Shown here one piece after another: positions 1 to 9,561 of a DNA stretch of 64,000 nucleotides. Source of the DNA: a virus; IMG/VR virus record IMGVR_UViG_3300044856_000216, positions 64,001 through 128,000 of that record; one strand, written 5' to 3'. Under the pieces are notes generated by a model. The model saw nothing but the letters and a program-made list of their open reading frames with translations, had not been told where the DNA came from and did not search any database. Position numbers and translations under genes: made by a program. The first letter of the stretch is position 1; each line of letters opens with the position of its first letter.

Positions 1-82
1 GATACAATGTGCTAAATAATAATCTTCTGGTACTGTAAATAAGTCTTTATTTTCTTCTCTATACTTCATTCTTCTACCTCGT

Positions 83-556
83 TTAGAATCCATCTCTTAT
101 GCTTTCTTTAAGACTTGCACGATTATATTCTTCCAAATATAAATCAATATTATGTTCTTTATTGAACTTTTCGCAAACCTCTTGAGCTTCCTCTTTTGTT
201 CCAAAATATGTATTACTACCATCATCACATCTATGGATTTGTAAACCACAACTCTCTGAACCAGTGGCATAATATTCATAAGCGTTTTTCTTATTTTGAA
301 GACTAATAATGCTGCCAATTCTTATATCATAATCATCAATAATTTTTTCAACTATCTCCTTATATATGTACTCACCTTTACAAGCAGGGCATATAAATTC
401 TTTTCCTTTTATCAATACACGTCCTGTACTTTCACAATATTCACATTTTTTATGAAATTTAAACCTGTGTTCCTTGTTCTCAATATGATATATTTTTTGA
501 CCAAGTTTAAATGTGCCAACTGGATATCCAATTTTATCTATGTCACTTAAAAACAT
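83..556 (-). CDS. hypothetical protein, zinc-ribbon-like
   Basis: 157-aa ORF; CEYC...CPAC cysteine pairs; abuts next leftward ORF. Confidence 0.55.
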   Translation of the reverse strand: MFLSDIDKIGYPVGTFKLGQKIYHIENKEHRFKFHKKCEYCESTGRVLIKGKEFICPACKGEYIYKEIVEKIIDDYDIRIGSIISLQNKKNAYEYYATGSESCGLQIHRCDDGSNTYFGTKEEAQEVCEKFNKEHNIDLYLEEYNRASLKESIRDGF

Positions 557-566
557 TCATTTCACC

Positions 567-824
567 TCACTCTATCATCTCAACTTTGATTCTGAATTTT
601 GTTGTTTCTATATGTTCGTTTTCTTGATAAGGACGATTATAATCAAAGTGCTGATGTTTAACAGTCGCAATCAAATGAGTATCATTACCCGATATAAATT
701 CCGTATCTGTTTCATAAGTATCTTCTGAACCATCACCAAGTTTAGAGTCTGTACAATATATCTGATTTGCGTCTAATGCATCTTGAATAATTCTGTAAAT
801 GTCTCCTGTATTATACATAGTCAC
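567..824 (-). CDS. hypothetical protein
   Basis: 85-aa ORF in leftward array, abuts neighbours. Confidence 0.5.
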   Translation of the reverse strand: MTMYNTGDIYRIIQDALDANQIYCTDSKLGDGSEDTYETDTEFISGNDTHLIATVKHQHFDYNRPYQENEHIETTKFRIKVEMIE

Positions 825-835
825 TCTCCATCCTA

Positions 836-1705
836 CTATTCAAAGATTTCCTCAATAACTTTCAACTTAATACTCTGACTAAATTCTGAACCAGCAGCCT
901 TTGGATGACCACCGCCACCAAATAAACTTGCTACATCTTTACCAAGATCAATATCTTCTTTAACTGTTCTATAAGATACCGTACAACCATCAATATCAAT
1001 CATTGCCACAAAATCAATTTCAGGATGCATTTTACAAAGTCTATTACCTAATTCACTAACAAACCTATCTGCAAATACAAAACCACAAACCTTACCACAC
1101 ATAGGACTGGTAAACATAGTTTCGTTCTTTTCTTCGATATATCTATCAATTTCATCCTGCTTAATCTTCAGAACAACCTCATCTTTAGCAGATAATCTTG
1201 GGAATACCTCATCATGGATTTCTGAAATACACCAATGAATAAAATCATCTCGACCATACAGATAAAGTAAATCGTTCACCTGCTTACAAATAACTCCATC
1301 TTCGCCAAGTTCTGACCATCTCCAAGTGTCGTAATCTCTCACTAATTCAGTAAATCTTCTTAATGTCTCTGAATCTTTTAAATACCCATTCTCGATTAAC
1401 CAATAATAAAACATCTCTGTTCCACTGGTTTTAATAGTTCCAAGTTTCATATCTTCATACTCGATAGTCACAGAACACCAAAGATACTTATTAAGTCCTA
1501 GAGCTGTTGGATGGTGATCTAATAAATAAAAATTATCAAATCTGTCATCAATAATTTTCGCTGTATCTTCATTTACTCTAATATCTGTAATAATACACAT
1601 ATCAAATTTTGTTTCACTATCAATAAACTCCTTGACACTTAAATCAATGTTATCATAATCACAATATGAAATATCTACATCATCTCCAAATGCAAGTTTT
1701 GCCAA
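836..1705 (-). CDS. DHH/DHHA1-family phosphoesterase (NrnA-like); N-terminal motif displaced into another frame
   Basis: LLDHHPTA (DHH motif) and GGGGHPKAAG (DHHA1 motif). Motif I (HTDLDGIGCG) is only recovered by joining ATG 1757 through a +1 shift near 1727. Confidence 0.8.
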   Translation of the reverse strand: MAKLAFGDDVDISYCDYDNIDLSVKEFIDSETKFDMCIITDIRVNEDTAKIIDDRFDNFYLLDHHPTALGLNKYLWCSVTIEYEDMKLGTIKTSGTEMFYYWLIENGYLKDSETLRRFTELVRDYDTWRWSELGEDGVICKQVNDLLYLYGRDDFIHWCISEIHDEVFPRLSAKDEVVLKIKQDEIDRYIEEKNETMFTSPMCGKVCGFVFADRFVSELGNRLCKMHPEIDFVAMIDIDGCTVSYRTVKEDIDLGKDVASLFGGGGHPKAAGSEFSQSIKLKVIEEIFE

Positions 1706-1822
1706 AATACCACAACCGATTCCATCAAAGATCGGTATGAGTAAATAATTTTATCATACCTTACATATCTCCCTTCACTTGAATATATTGAATCATATCA
1801 ATATATCTGCTATATTTTATTG

Positions 1823-3211
1823 TTAATACTCTATCCAACCATCTGTAATACCAGTCATCCAATAAATAAGATCTTCTCTATCATTTTTTAATCTTCCATC
1901 TATTACACGAGTTAAGATTTCATTGAGCCAGTAGCCAACTTCTTTTCCACTTTTAATAAGCATTGTATCCATTACATCTTTTCCATTAACTGCTAAATCC
2001 TTTAGAGAAAAACATTCATCATCTTGTAAGACTTCTTCTAAAATATATTCAATTTTATCAATCTTTTGCAATCTAGTTTCCTGATTCATGTCTGCTTGTG
2101 CTTTAATGTCAGCTCTGCGAACATTTAGTAATCTTCTGAACTGTTCTTCTCCGATTTTATTAAGCCATCTCTTGATATATTTCTTTCCCACCTCAAAAGT
2201 AGCATCATGATAATAAACTAATTCAACGACCTTTTCTCTTGTATCATTGTCAAAACGAAGTCTTTTCATAATTGTATCAGTTATATCAGCACTGACTTTT
2301 CCATGCCCTTTAAAATGTCTAATACCATCTTCGCCATCTTGATAACAATGTGGCTTTCCAATATCATGAAAAAATACAGCCAATGACGTAATCAAATCTC
2401 TTGGATTCAAGTCGGGTTCACAATCACATTCATAAGCTTGTACTGCATGTACTGTATGATTCCATACATCATAGATGTGATATGGATTATTCTGTGGAAA
2501 ATCAAACATATCTTTTATTTCAGGGATAAATAACGAGAATACTTCACGGAATAATCCTATCTGTATATAAAACTCACTTGATAATGCAATTTTACAGAAC
2601 TCACTGTTAATTCTCTCAATAGATATATTCTCTAAATTCTTATACATTTTATGAATATTCAAACTTACATCAGAATCAACCACAAATCCCAGTTGTGAAG
2701 CAAATCGAATAGCACGTAAAATCCTTAAAGCATCTTCTGAAAATCTATCCTCTGCTTTACCAACACATCTGATTTTATAATGCTCAATATCTTCCATGCC
2801 ATTAAACGGATCTACAAAACCAACTTCATCATTGTATGCCATCGCATTGATTGTAAAATCTCTACGCTTTAAATCTTCTTTAAGATTTCGTGTAAATGTT
2901 ACACTATCAGGTCTACGGCTATCTGAGTAATTACCGTCAATTCTGTAAGTGGTACATTCATATCCCTCACCGTCAATTACAATGGTAATAGTTCCATGCT
3001 GCAATCCAGTTTCAATAATCCTCTTGTCCTTGAATACTTCCATCATTTCATCTGGTGTAGCAGATGTTGTAATATCATAGTCATGGATTGGTCTGCCAAG
3101 AATACTATCTCTCACTGCACCACCACATAAAAATGCCTCATATCCATTACTATGCAGAATATGGATAATTTCATTTGCACCAGATGGAATTTCAATTTTC
3201 AATCTTTTCAT
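1823..3211 (-). CDS. cca: CCA-adding enzyme / tRNA nucleotidyltransferase with HD domain
   Basis: GGAVRDSILGRPIHDYDITT head motif, RDFTINAMA, EDALRILRAIRFASQLGF, downstream FFHDIGKP HD motif; 462 aa. Confidence 0.9.
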   Translation of the reverse strand: MKRLKIEIPSGANEIIHILHSNGYEAFLCGGAVRDSILGRPIHDYDITTSATPDEMMEVFKDKRIIETGLQHGTITIVIDGEGYECTTYRIDGNYSDSRRPDSVTFTRNLKEDLKRRDFTINAMAYNDEVGFVDPFNGMEDIEHYKIRCVGKAEDRFSEDALRILRAIRFASQLGFVVDSDVSLNIHKMYKNLENISIERINSEFCKIALSSEFYIQIGLFREVFSLFIPEIKDMFDFPQNNPYHIYDVWNHTVHAVQAYECDCEPDLNPRDLITSLAVFFHDIGKPHCYQDGEDGIRHFKGHGKVSADITDTIMKRLRFDNDTREKVVELVYYHDATFEVGKKYIKRWLNKIGEEQFRRLLNVRRADIKAQADMNQETRLQKIDKIEYILEEVLQDDECFSLKDLAVNGKDVMDTMLIKSGKEVGYWLNEILTRVIDGRLKNDREDLIYWMTGITDGWIEY

Positions 3212-4154
3212 CCAAATTCACCTCAATTTTCGGTTCGTCAATAAACTTTGCCAATAGTCCTTCATGGTAGAATACCTTGTCACTTTCAGTAATTTCTTCT
3301 CCTAAAAAATATCTAAGTACGAATGGCATCATATAATTATCCAAACACTTAAATTCAATATTATATTCTTCATTTTCTTTATAGATTTTCTTACAGTATC
3401 CGTCAGTACCATTGATTTTGTGGAGTGAAAATAATTCTACTCTGAATGGAATATTAGATTTTATACTTAATCTTTCTTCAACACAATTTCTCACAAGACT
3501 TAACATGCGCAAATTACTTGCCGTTGTCATATCGTAAACAATCTCATCATTTGAAAAGAATACAATTCTCTCTTCACCAATGATGTCATATAATAACGAT
3601 AATGTCTGATCCATAAGGTACTTTTCATATGTGATGTGTCTTTTGGGATTGCAATTACCCAAAATTACCTGACGAATATATTTACTATTTATAATATGTT
3701 CATTATCTGTGAATTGAGAAATAAAATCTTCCCATGTATCAGTCCCACGAAATATATTCCTATCATATTCGTGTAAAGATGAAAAATTAGCCTTTCTCAT
3801 ATCAATACTGATAAAAACTCTTCCAGTATTAGTTGGCTTAAATATATCTTTATTAGGTAAATCTTTATGAGTCGTAGTAAATTTATTCATATCTTCCGCA
3901 TTAAATCTCTGATATGCTTCTGAATTTTTGATGCTTGTAATAGCTGCATCCTTTACACGATTATATTCCTCAAAGTAATCCTGTTCACAATTGTATTGCT
4001 GTAATTCACTTGCAAATCTAATCCATTTATTAACTGTTCCATAAAAATTATCAAAGAGTTTAATTCTGTCTGAAAAATATGGTTCTTGGAACAATCTAAT
4101 TGGTATATTGCAATCCTTACAGAATCTTTCTTTTGCTCTATTTGATATTTCCAT
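3192..4154 (-). CDS. hypothetical protein (unknown function, between two nucleotidyltransferases)
   Basis: 320-aa ORF overlapping cca start by 20 nt and sharing a boundary nt with the upstream gene. Confidence 0.6.
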   Translation of the reverse strand: MEISNRAKERFCKDCNIPIRLFQEPYFSDRIKLFDNFYGTVNKWIRFASELQQYNCEQDYFEEYNRVKDAAITSIKNSEAYQRFNAEDMNKFTTTHKDLPNKDIFKPTNTGRVFISIDMRKANFSSLHEYDRNIFRGTDTWEDFISQFTDNEHIINSKYIRQVILGNCNPKRHITYEKYLMDQTLSLLYDIIGEERIVFFSNDEIVYDMTTASNLRMLSLVRNCVEERLSIKSNIPFRVELFSLHKINGTDGYCKKIYKENEEYNIEFKCLDNYMMPFVLRYFLGEEITESDKVFYHEGLLAKFIDEPKIEVNLDEKIEN

Positions 4155-5197
4155 CAGATATCTCCTTTCACAATTCTCTCATTTACATACATCTTAAATT
4201 CATTGATTTTCTTATGATCTGGTTTATCAGGTAAAGATGTATTTGCTTTTGCATATTCAAAACGTTTTTCATATTCATTCAATAAATCATAGAATTCAGA
4301 AATAGGCTGTCTATTCTCGTCTAAATATTCTCCGTTTCTAATACTCATAAGCAAATCGTATTCATCTGATCTATAAGTGATAATCTCTTCCTTTTCCAGA
4401 ATATCAATACACATCATATATAATCGAATCAAATGAGCCATATGTTTTCCTAATTTATCATGGGCTACAGCCTTTTCATTTCTTTTACCAAATTTGCTGT
4501 AACTACTAACAATGGACTTCATTTCGTTCCACATGCCAGCCCAATCTCTTAACGGATAATGTTGCAAGTTTACATCCATAAAAATCTCACTATCATATCC
4601 TTCTTGAACAGCCTTATCAATATATAGTTTCACATCACTATTTTCATGAGGGTAATATCTGTTTTTAAATTCATATCTTGCATTGTTGATGCTTTTTAAA
4701 ATGTTAGCTTCATTTTCTGCCTGACCAACCAATCTTGCAGCCTTGTTCTCCATACGTCTGAGCTGAGAACCCGCATATCCTCCAAAGGTGTGAACACAAA
4801 TCTGCGAAAGAAACATTTTTCTATTATCCAATAATTCTTTACCAATTTTAGATAAATGTAAATAATGTTCAGGCAAGCAGCCAAGTTGTTCAATTGTATT
4901 AGGATTACTTGATGCTAAAAGCTGTATCATTTTATTAAACGAATACATAGTTGTATCTGTATCAACATCTACGACCTGTTCAAAGTCTGTTCCAAGTAAA
5001 ATATCTGATTTGCTGTTGAGTGCAATACCTCTCACATCTAAATCAGATCCTTCTTTATCCATTCCATATGCATGACTTCCACCAAGAGTTAAGATAATGA
5101 TATTGTTACCCAAATTCTTATCTGTTCTCAGAAAGTCATACTCTTTTGATTTTAATTTGTCCTTAATCTGTTCAATTGTCATTGTCTTAACCTCCAA
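4154..5197 (-). CDS. Pol-beta-superfamily nucleotidyltransferase (GS-x-YG...SD-x-D type)
   Basis: LGGSHAYGMDKEGSDLDVRGI motif. The likely true start is ATG 5182, after a GGAGG. Confidence 0.7.
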   Translation of the reverse strand: MEVKTMTIEQIKDKLKSKEYDFLRTDKNLGNNIIILTLGGSHAYGMDKEGSDLDVRGIALNSKSDILLGTDFEQVVDVDTDTTMYSFNKMIQLLASSNPNTIEQLGCLPEHYLHLSKIGKELLDNRKMFLSQICVHTFGGYAGSQLRRMENKAARLVGQAENEANILKSINNARYEFKNRYYPHENSDVKLYIDKAVQEGYDSEIFMDVNLQHYPLRDWAGMWNEMKSIVSSYSKFGKRNEKAVAHDKLGKHMAHLIRLYMMCIDILEKEEIITYRSDEYDLLMSIRNGEYLDENRQPISEFYDLLNEYEKRFEYAKANTSLPDKPDHKKINEFKMYVNERIVKGDI

Positions 5198-5308
5198 AAT
5201 TTTATATATCTATTTTTACTCGCCCTTTAAAGTTTGGGATATCCTTGTTGTCCTTGTTTCGAGAACGCATTAGATATACATATAAGTTTGACATTATATT
5301 TATTCTCC

Positions 5309-5488
5309 TTACTTATTTAAAACAATCAAAATATTACTTAGATATAAAGCATAGAATACTAAATAGCTACCACCTGCCAAGAACAGCAATTTGAATACAA
5401 AGTCAATAACACCATTTTTCGTCCATGCTATCCCAACAATAAGGTTAAAAATTCCCATAATCAATAAAATAATGTTTAAAATATTCAT
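5309..5488 (-). CDS. small membrane protein (59 aa, below ORF-track cutoff)
   Basis: Own translation MNILNIILLIMGIFNLIVGIAWTKNGVIDFVFKLLFLAGGSYLVFYALYLSNILIVLNK; GGAGGTG 8 nt upstream of the ATG. Confidence 0.5.
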   Translation of the reverse strand: MNILNIILLIMGIFNLIVGIAWTKNGVIDFVFKLLFLAGGSYLVFYALYLSNILIVLNK

Positions 5489-5542
5489 ATTTCACCTCCA
5501 AATTTCCGCAAGAAATGTGCGTTTCTTTCTAATGTAAAATAT

Positions 5543-5590
5543 ATACCATATATAGTATATACCGCTTATTTTTAATACTATATATGGTAT
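5543..5590. repeat. perfect 16-bp inverted repeat (ATACCATATATAGTAT / ATACTATATATGGTAT), 16-nt spacer
   Basis: Read directly; intergenic between 5602..5991 and the small membrane ORF. Confidence 0.85.
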
Positions 5591-5601
5591 ATTTGTAACA
5601 A

Positions 5602-5991
5602 TTACTCACTTAATTCTGCAAGTGCCTTATCCAGATCCTCATCAGACATATTTTCAAGTGCTGCGTCCTGTCTTTTAGCCTTGATTTCAAGCAATCTCTG
5701 TCTCATCTCAGCATTTTTCTTAGCGTCTTCTCTCTTCTTCTTCTCATCTAGCTTCACACTAACAATATACTTGACAATTTCAATCTTATTAGAAATCTCC
5801 TCATCTTCCTTTGACTTGGTATTCAGAAGACTTTCTTCCTCAGACTTCTTTGCTTCCGCATTGAGTGTCTTAAATACTGAGTCCAGATTTGTGAGAGATA
5901 AATCCCACAAATCAATTACGTTAATCATTCCTCTGAATGGGAACTGATAGTTTGCTCTTGTTGCATTAATAAATAATTCGTTGTTTGTCAT
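5602..5991 (-). CDS. hypothetical protein, K/E-rich coiled-coil-like
   Basis: 129-aa ORF. Confidence 0.6.
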   Translation of the reverse strand: MTNNELFINATRANYQFPFRGMINVIDLWDLSLTNLDSVFKTLNAEAKKSEEESLLNTKSKEDEEISNKIEIVKYIVSVKLDEKKKREDAKKNAEMRQRLLEIKAKRQDAALENMSDEDLDKALAELSE

Positions 5992-6018
5992 AATAATAAT
6001 CTCCTTTTCTAATTCTAA

Positions 6019-8076
6019 TTAAAACTTAATCTTCATTACACGCTCTGTTGCACCCTTAACCTTAACAACTAAATCTGCTCTCTTAGTCATAGAGAATCCA
6101 ATTCCCGAAAGCTGATCATCAGTATCTTCTACATGGCACTTAGCACCTAAAGCCTCAAATACTCTCTTGTGCTTTTCAAGGTCACTCTTTAAGAACTCAT
6201 TGTAATAGCCATTAGGCTCTTCGTTGTTCACACAATCCTTCAGGAAAAAGAATAAATGTCTATGACCAATTCCATCCTGTTCATCAAAATAGTTTGGACT
6301 ATAACTAATTACTGATACAGGAACAAACTGATTTGTATTTACACCCCAAATCTCACGACTTGAAATAGATGAACTTCCAGACAGTTTTTCCTTAATTGAG
6401 AAGTTGCCATTCTCGTCAAGTGTAACTTCTGCCACCTGAACATTCTCACCAGTTCTCATAGGATTGCTATAATCAAATGAGTAAATCTCACCATTAAACT
6501 CAACTTCTGCTCTGAACCCATGTCTTACTGCACCTGAATACTGATGTACAAAAAATCTATATGTTCCTGGTTTCATTCTTGATAAATCCTGCCAAGTAAT
6601 ATTCTCTACTGCAACTTTTCTACATGGATTTACAATATCTACATCTAACTGACCACCCATTCTTGATGACTCAGGTTTTCTACAATTGCTAAAATAAATC
6701 TCATTTCCACTAGGCTCAACGCAATGAGCATCAAGATCGTAATTATCATGTCCGTCTTCATTCCACTGAATTGAAAATCTGAGTACACCGTCAACATTAC
6801 CGCCAGCAGCTTTTACATTCTGTTTCATATCAGAATCAGTAATGTTTCCTGAATAAGCCCAAGACAATCCATTGTTCCACTTGAACATTGTCTTAGCGTC
6901 TGGATTAACAGGTGCAATCATAGAAACAAAATTCTTCTCATGTTTATTCTCTACAAAAGCTTCAATCTCCTTTGCAGTTGGAAGTACCTTATCAATGAAA
7001 TCCTGTGCTGAAATCTCTTCAACTTTAGAAAACTTCTTAGGACTTACAGCAACATCCTTTTCCATCTGCCCAAAAATATCATCTGCACCAACCATTCTTC
7101 TTGCAGCACTTTTATTTGAGAACAGTACATTATTTACAGTAATATCATTCAGATTAGCAAATCTTCTCTGTAATGAATCCATATATCCAAGTTCTGTAAT
7201 GGTCTTCTTTGCATCCTCAAGCATCTTCTTTGTGAAAATAGCCTTTGGTCTTTTATAGTTGCTTGGAGCGACAATCTGCTCATACTTCTTAACTGCTGTG
7301 TCAAGATCCATATCCTCACTTACATTAATAAGAAGTGTTCCGATAGAATGATTTCTAATTCTTCCGATAGCCATACCTGCTGTTACCGACTTCTCCCAAG
7401 CATATAAATCCTTTTCAGTATCAGAAGTCAGCTTATCGTATTCCTTCTTATACTTCTTGAACTCTGTGAGTACACCTTTCCACTCTTCACCCTTGTAAAG
7501 TGTATTTGAGTTGATAAGTTCAAGAATTGTATCAAGTGCTTCCATAGTAATCTCATCGAGAGAACGCTTAAATACATTTCTTGTATCTCTGAACTGTCCT
7601 TTAACTTCCTCGTTAGAACGACTACTTCTATTTACGAATTTGCTTGGAAGCTCTAAGAAGAAGTGATCCCACTGATGAGACTTTCCATTGATTTCCTCAA
7701 AGTTAAAATCTGTACCAATCTTAGGGAACTTAGTTGTATAAATATCTGTAACTGTATGAGCTTTTACAAAAGCATCAAGTGCATCACATACTGGCTGATA
7801 TGTTGTATCACCAAGATTCAGCTCCCAAATCGTATGAATCTGATTATCCTTGATAGTGACAGCAGAACCAATATTCTTAATAAACTGTCTACAACAACTA
7901 CAATCATGTTCTCTACGCTCTCTGAAAATCTCATTTGTACCAGCAGGGAAGCTATCAAGATATGTATTCCATAATTCATCTTTGTCTACATTTACCTCAA
8001 ATAAATGTGTAGTCTCTTTCTGCATTTCATCGAAGTGCTTCTGTAAAGCCTTTTTAAACATCATAAATCCATCCAT
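6019..8076 (-). CDS. large hypothetical protein (685 aa)
   Basis: Long uninterrupted ORF; N-terminal HDCSCCRQF cysteine cluster; C-terminal DLDAHC...GGQLDVDIVNP motif block. Confidence 0.7.
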   Translation of the reverse strand: MDGFMMFKKALQKHFDEMQKETTHLFEVNVDKDELWNTYLDSFPAGTNEIFRERREHDCSCCRQFIKNIGSAVTIKDNQIHTIWELNLGDTTYQPVCDALDAFVKAHTVTDIYTTKFPKIGTDFNFEEINGKSHQWDHFFLELPSKFVNRSSRSNEEVKGQFRDTRNVFKRSLDEITMEALDTILELINSNTLYKGEEWKGVLTEFKKYKKEYDKLTSDTEKDLYAWEKSVTAGMAIGRIRNHSIGTLLINVSEDMDLDTAVKKYEQIVAPSNYKRPKAIFTKKMLEDAKKTITELGYMDSLQRRFANLNDITVNNVLFSNKSAARRMVGADDIFGQMEKDVAVSPKKFSKVEEISAQDFIDKVLPTAKEIEAFVENKHEKNFVSMIAPVNPDAKTMFKWNNGLSWAYSGNITDSDMKQNVKAAGGNVDGVLRFSIQWNEDGHDNYDLDAHCVEPSGNEIYFSNCRKPESSRMGGQLDVDIVNPCRKVAVENITWQDLSRMKPGTYRFFVHQYSGAVRHGFRAEVEFNGEIYSFDYSNPMRTGENVQVAEVTLDENGNFSIKEKLSGSSSISSREIWGVNTNQFVPVSVISYSPNYFDEQDGIGHRHLFFFLKDCVNNEEPNGYYNEFLKSDLEKHKRVFEALGAKCHVEDTDDQLSGIGFSMTKRADLVVKVKGATERVMKIKF

Positions 8077-8169
8077 ATTTTGTACCTCTTCTTTCTTATA
8101 TTTATTTTTGTTAATTGTTTCTATTATTATATTCTCCGTTTATAATCCAAAGGAAACGAAGTTTTCTTG

Positions 8170-8457
8170 TCACTTATTGTAGATATAGTCAGCACTCCTA
8201 AACAATATATTTGGAAACATATTTACAGCAACATTACGAAGTGCTACAAACAAATCCCCTCTCTCATCTACACATGAATCATGTCCATCAACTGTCTTAA
8301 ATACATTTAACTCATCATCGGAATTTTTATATACAAAATAATCAGTATCCTCATCAAGAACAAAACCCATATGTAAAGTTTCACATAAAATTCTAAATGC
8401 TTCTGCTGAATCAATATCTATAGTACATATTGCTTTTGTATTAACAGTTATTTCCAT
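8170..8457 (-). CDS. hypothetical protein
   Basis: 95-aa ORF. Confidence 0.5.
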   Translation of the reverse strand: MEITVNTKAICTIDIDSAEAFRILCETLHMGFVLDEDTDYFVYKNSDDELNVFKTVDGHDSCVDERGDLFVALRNVAVNMFPNILFRSADYIYNK

Positions 8458-8498
8458 TTGTTTCCTTCCATTGCTTTTTCTTTATCTGCATAATCAAT

Positions 8499-8705
8499 TT
8501 ACCAAATTCCATTTACCGTCTCATCAATAGCTTCTCTCATTGCTCCACCTGTCATTTTGTTCATTGTATCTGCAACAAGACCTTTGAATTCTGCTCTTAT
8601 TCGCCTATTATGATGAGTACATGGCGTTGAACAATAATTATTTCTTCTACATTTTTCACAATTGCCACTTAACTTCCACTGTTCATTTTCCTGAATCTGT
8701 TCCAT
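8499..8705 (-). CDS. hypothetical Cys-rich protein
   Basis: 68-aa ORF, CEKC...CSTPC. Confidence 0.5.
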   Translation of the reverse strand: MEQIQENEQWKLSGNCEKCRRNNYCSTPCTHHNRRIRAEFKGLVADTMNKMTGGAMREAIDETVNGIW

Positions 8706-8708
8706 AAC

Positions 8709-8864
8709 TTAGCCTCCTCTTCTATCTAAAATCTTCTGAATAGTTTTCTTATCTTTCTCAGATAAACTATCCCAATCCAACTTAAAACTTTCACAATTCT
8801 TATGGCAATTCCAACCATCACCACAATCATAAGAATAACGGTACGCACAATAATCACACGCCAT
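8709..8864 (-). CDS. small Cys-rich protein (51 aa)
   Basis: Own translation MACDYCAYRYSYDCGDGWNCHKNCESF...; GAGGTG upstream. Confidence 0.4.
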   Translation of the reverse strand: MACDYCAYRYSYDCGDGWNCHKNCESFKLDWDSLSEKDKKTIQKILDRRGG

Positions 8865-8904
8865 TTATATTCACCTCGCTTCCATATGAAATCGAACATT
8901 CTTA

Positions 8905-9381
8905 TTACAATAGTTTGTCAAACAAATCATTCGCATCAATTTTTACATACAAACTATTTGTCCTGATTCCAAGTTCATCGGATGTTTTTAATTCTTCTAT
9001 TGATTTTCCAAATAAAAAATTATGTGAAATTTTCTTTAGCTTTTTAGCTACAACATCAATATCATCTTCAGTTTTTAATACTTTTGTAATATGTACAGAG
9101 TCGTTAAATGTATATGCATTATTACATTTAGATTCCGTTGTTAATAATGTATTTGTTATAATTTTCTTATATGTGGTTTCTCCACTAGCACGATATACAA
9201 AATCAATATAAATAATTGGTTTTATATTATTCAAATCAATCATATTAACTTTTTCATATTGGATTTCTCTATCATCTGATATATTTTCAAATTTTTTTAA
9301 ATCCAGATTGTCCTTTAATATTCCAATTGGTTCAATATAAGACTGACCGCAATCTTCATCAATTTTATATGTTAAATACAT
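8905..9381 (-). CDS. hypothetical protein
   Basis: 158-aa ORF. Confidence 0.6.
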   Translation of the reverse strand: MYLTYKIDEDCGQSYIEPIGILKDNLDLKKFENISDDREIQYEKVNMIDLNNIKPIIYIDFVYRASGETTYKKIITNTLLTTESKCNNAYTFNDSVHITKVLKTEDDIDVVAKKLKKISHNFLFGKSIEELKTSDELGIRTNSLYVKIDANDLFDKLL

Positions 9382-9391
9382 AATTTACCTC

Positions 9392-9553
9392 CTAATCTAA
9401 AGAAAGAGAATTTTCAAGTTCAATCACGATTGTCTTCTTTTCTCTTCTTAACCATTTCTCAAATTCTTCGCCAGTTGCACAATCATTTTTGACAGGAATT
9501 TTATCACTGTTATCTATTTCTTTTATAAGCTCTTTTGCAAATTTAACTGACAT
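9392..9553 (-). CDS. small hypothetical protein (53 aa)
   Basis: Own translation MSVKFAKELIKEID...; fills the gap in the array. Confidence 0.4.
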   Translation of the reverse strand: MSVKFAKELIKEIDNSDKIPVKNDCATGEEFEKWLRREKKTIVIELENSLSLD

Positions 9554-9561
9554 AGTTCACT

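Noticed and set aside
3192-4154. Calling the 320-aa protein a family-A-like polymerase
   Set aside because: Only two short acidic motifs vaguely resemble motifs A and C, and no motif B lysine is present. That is too weak for a call.
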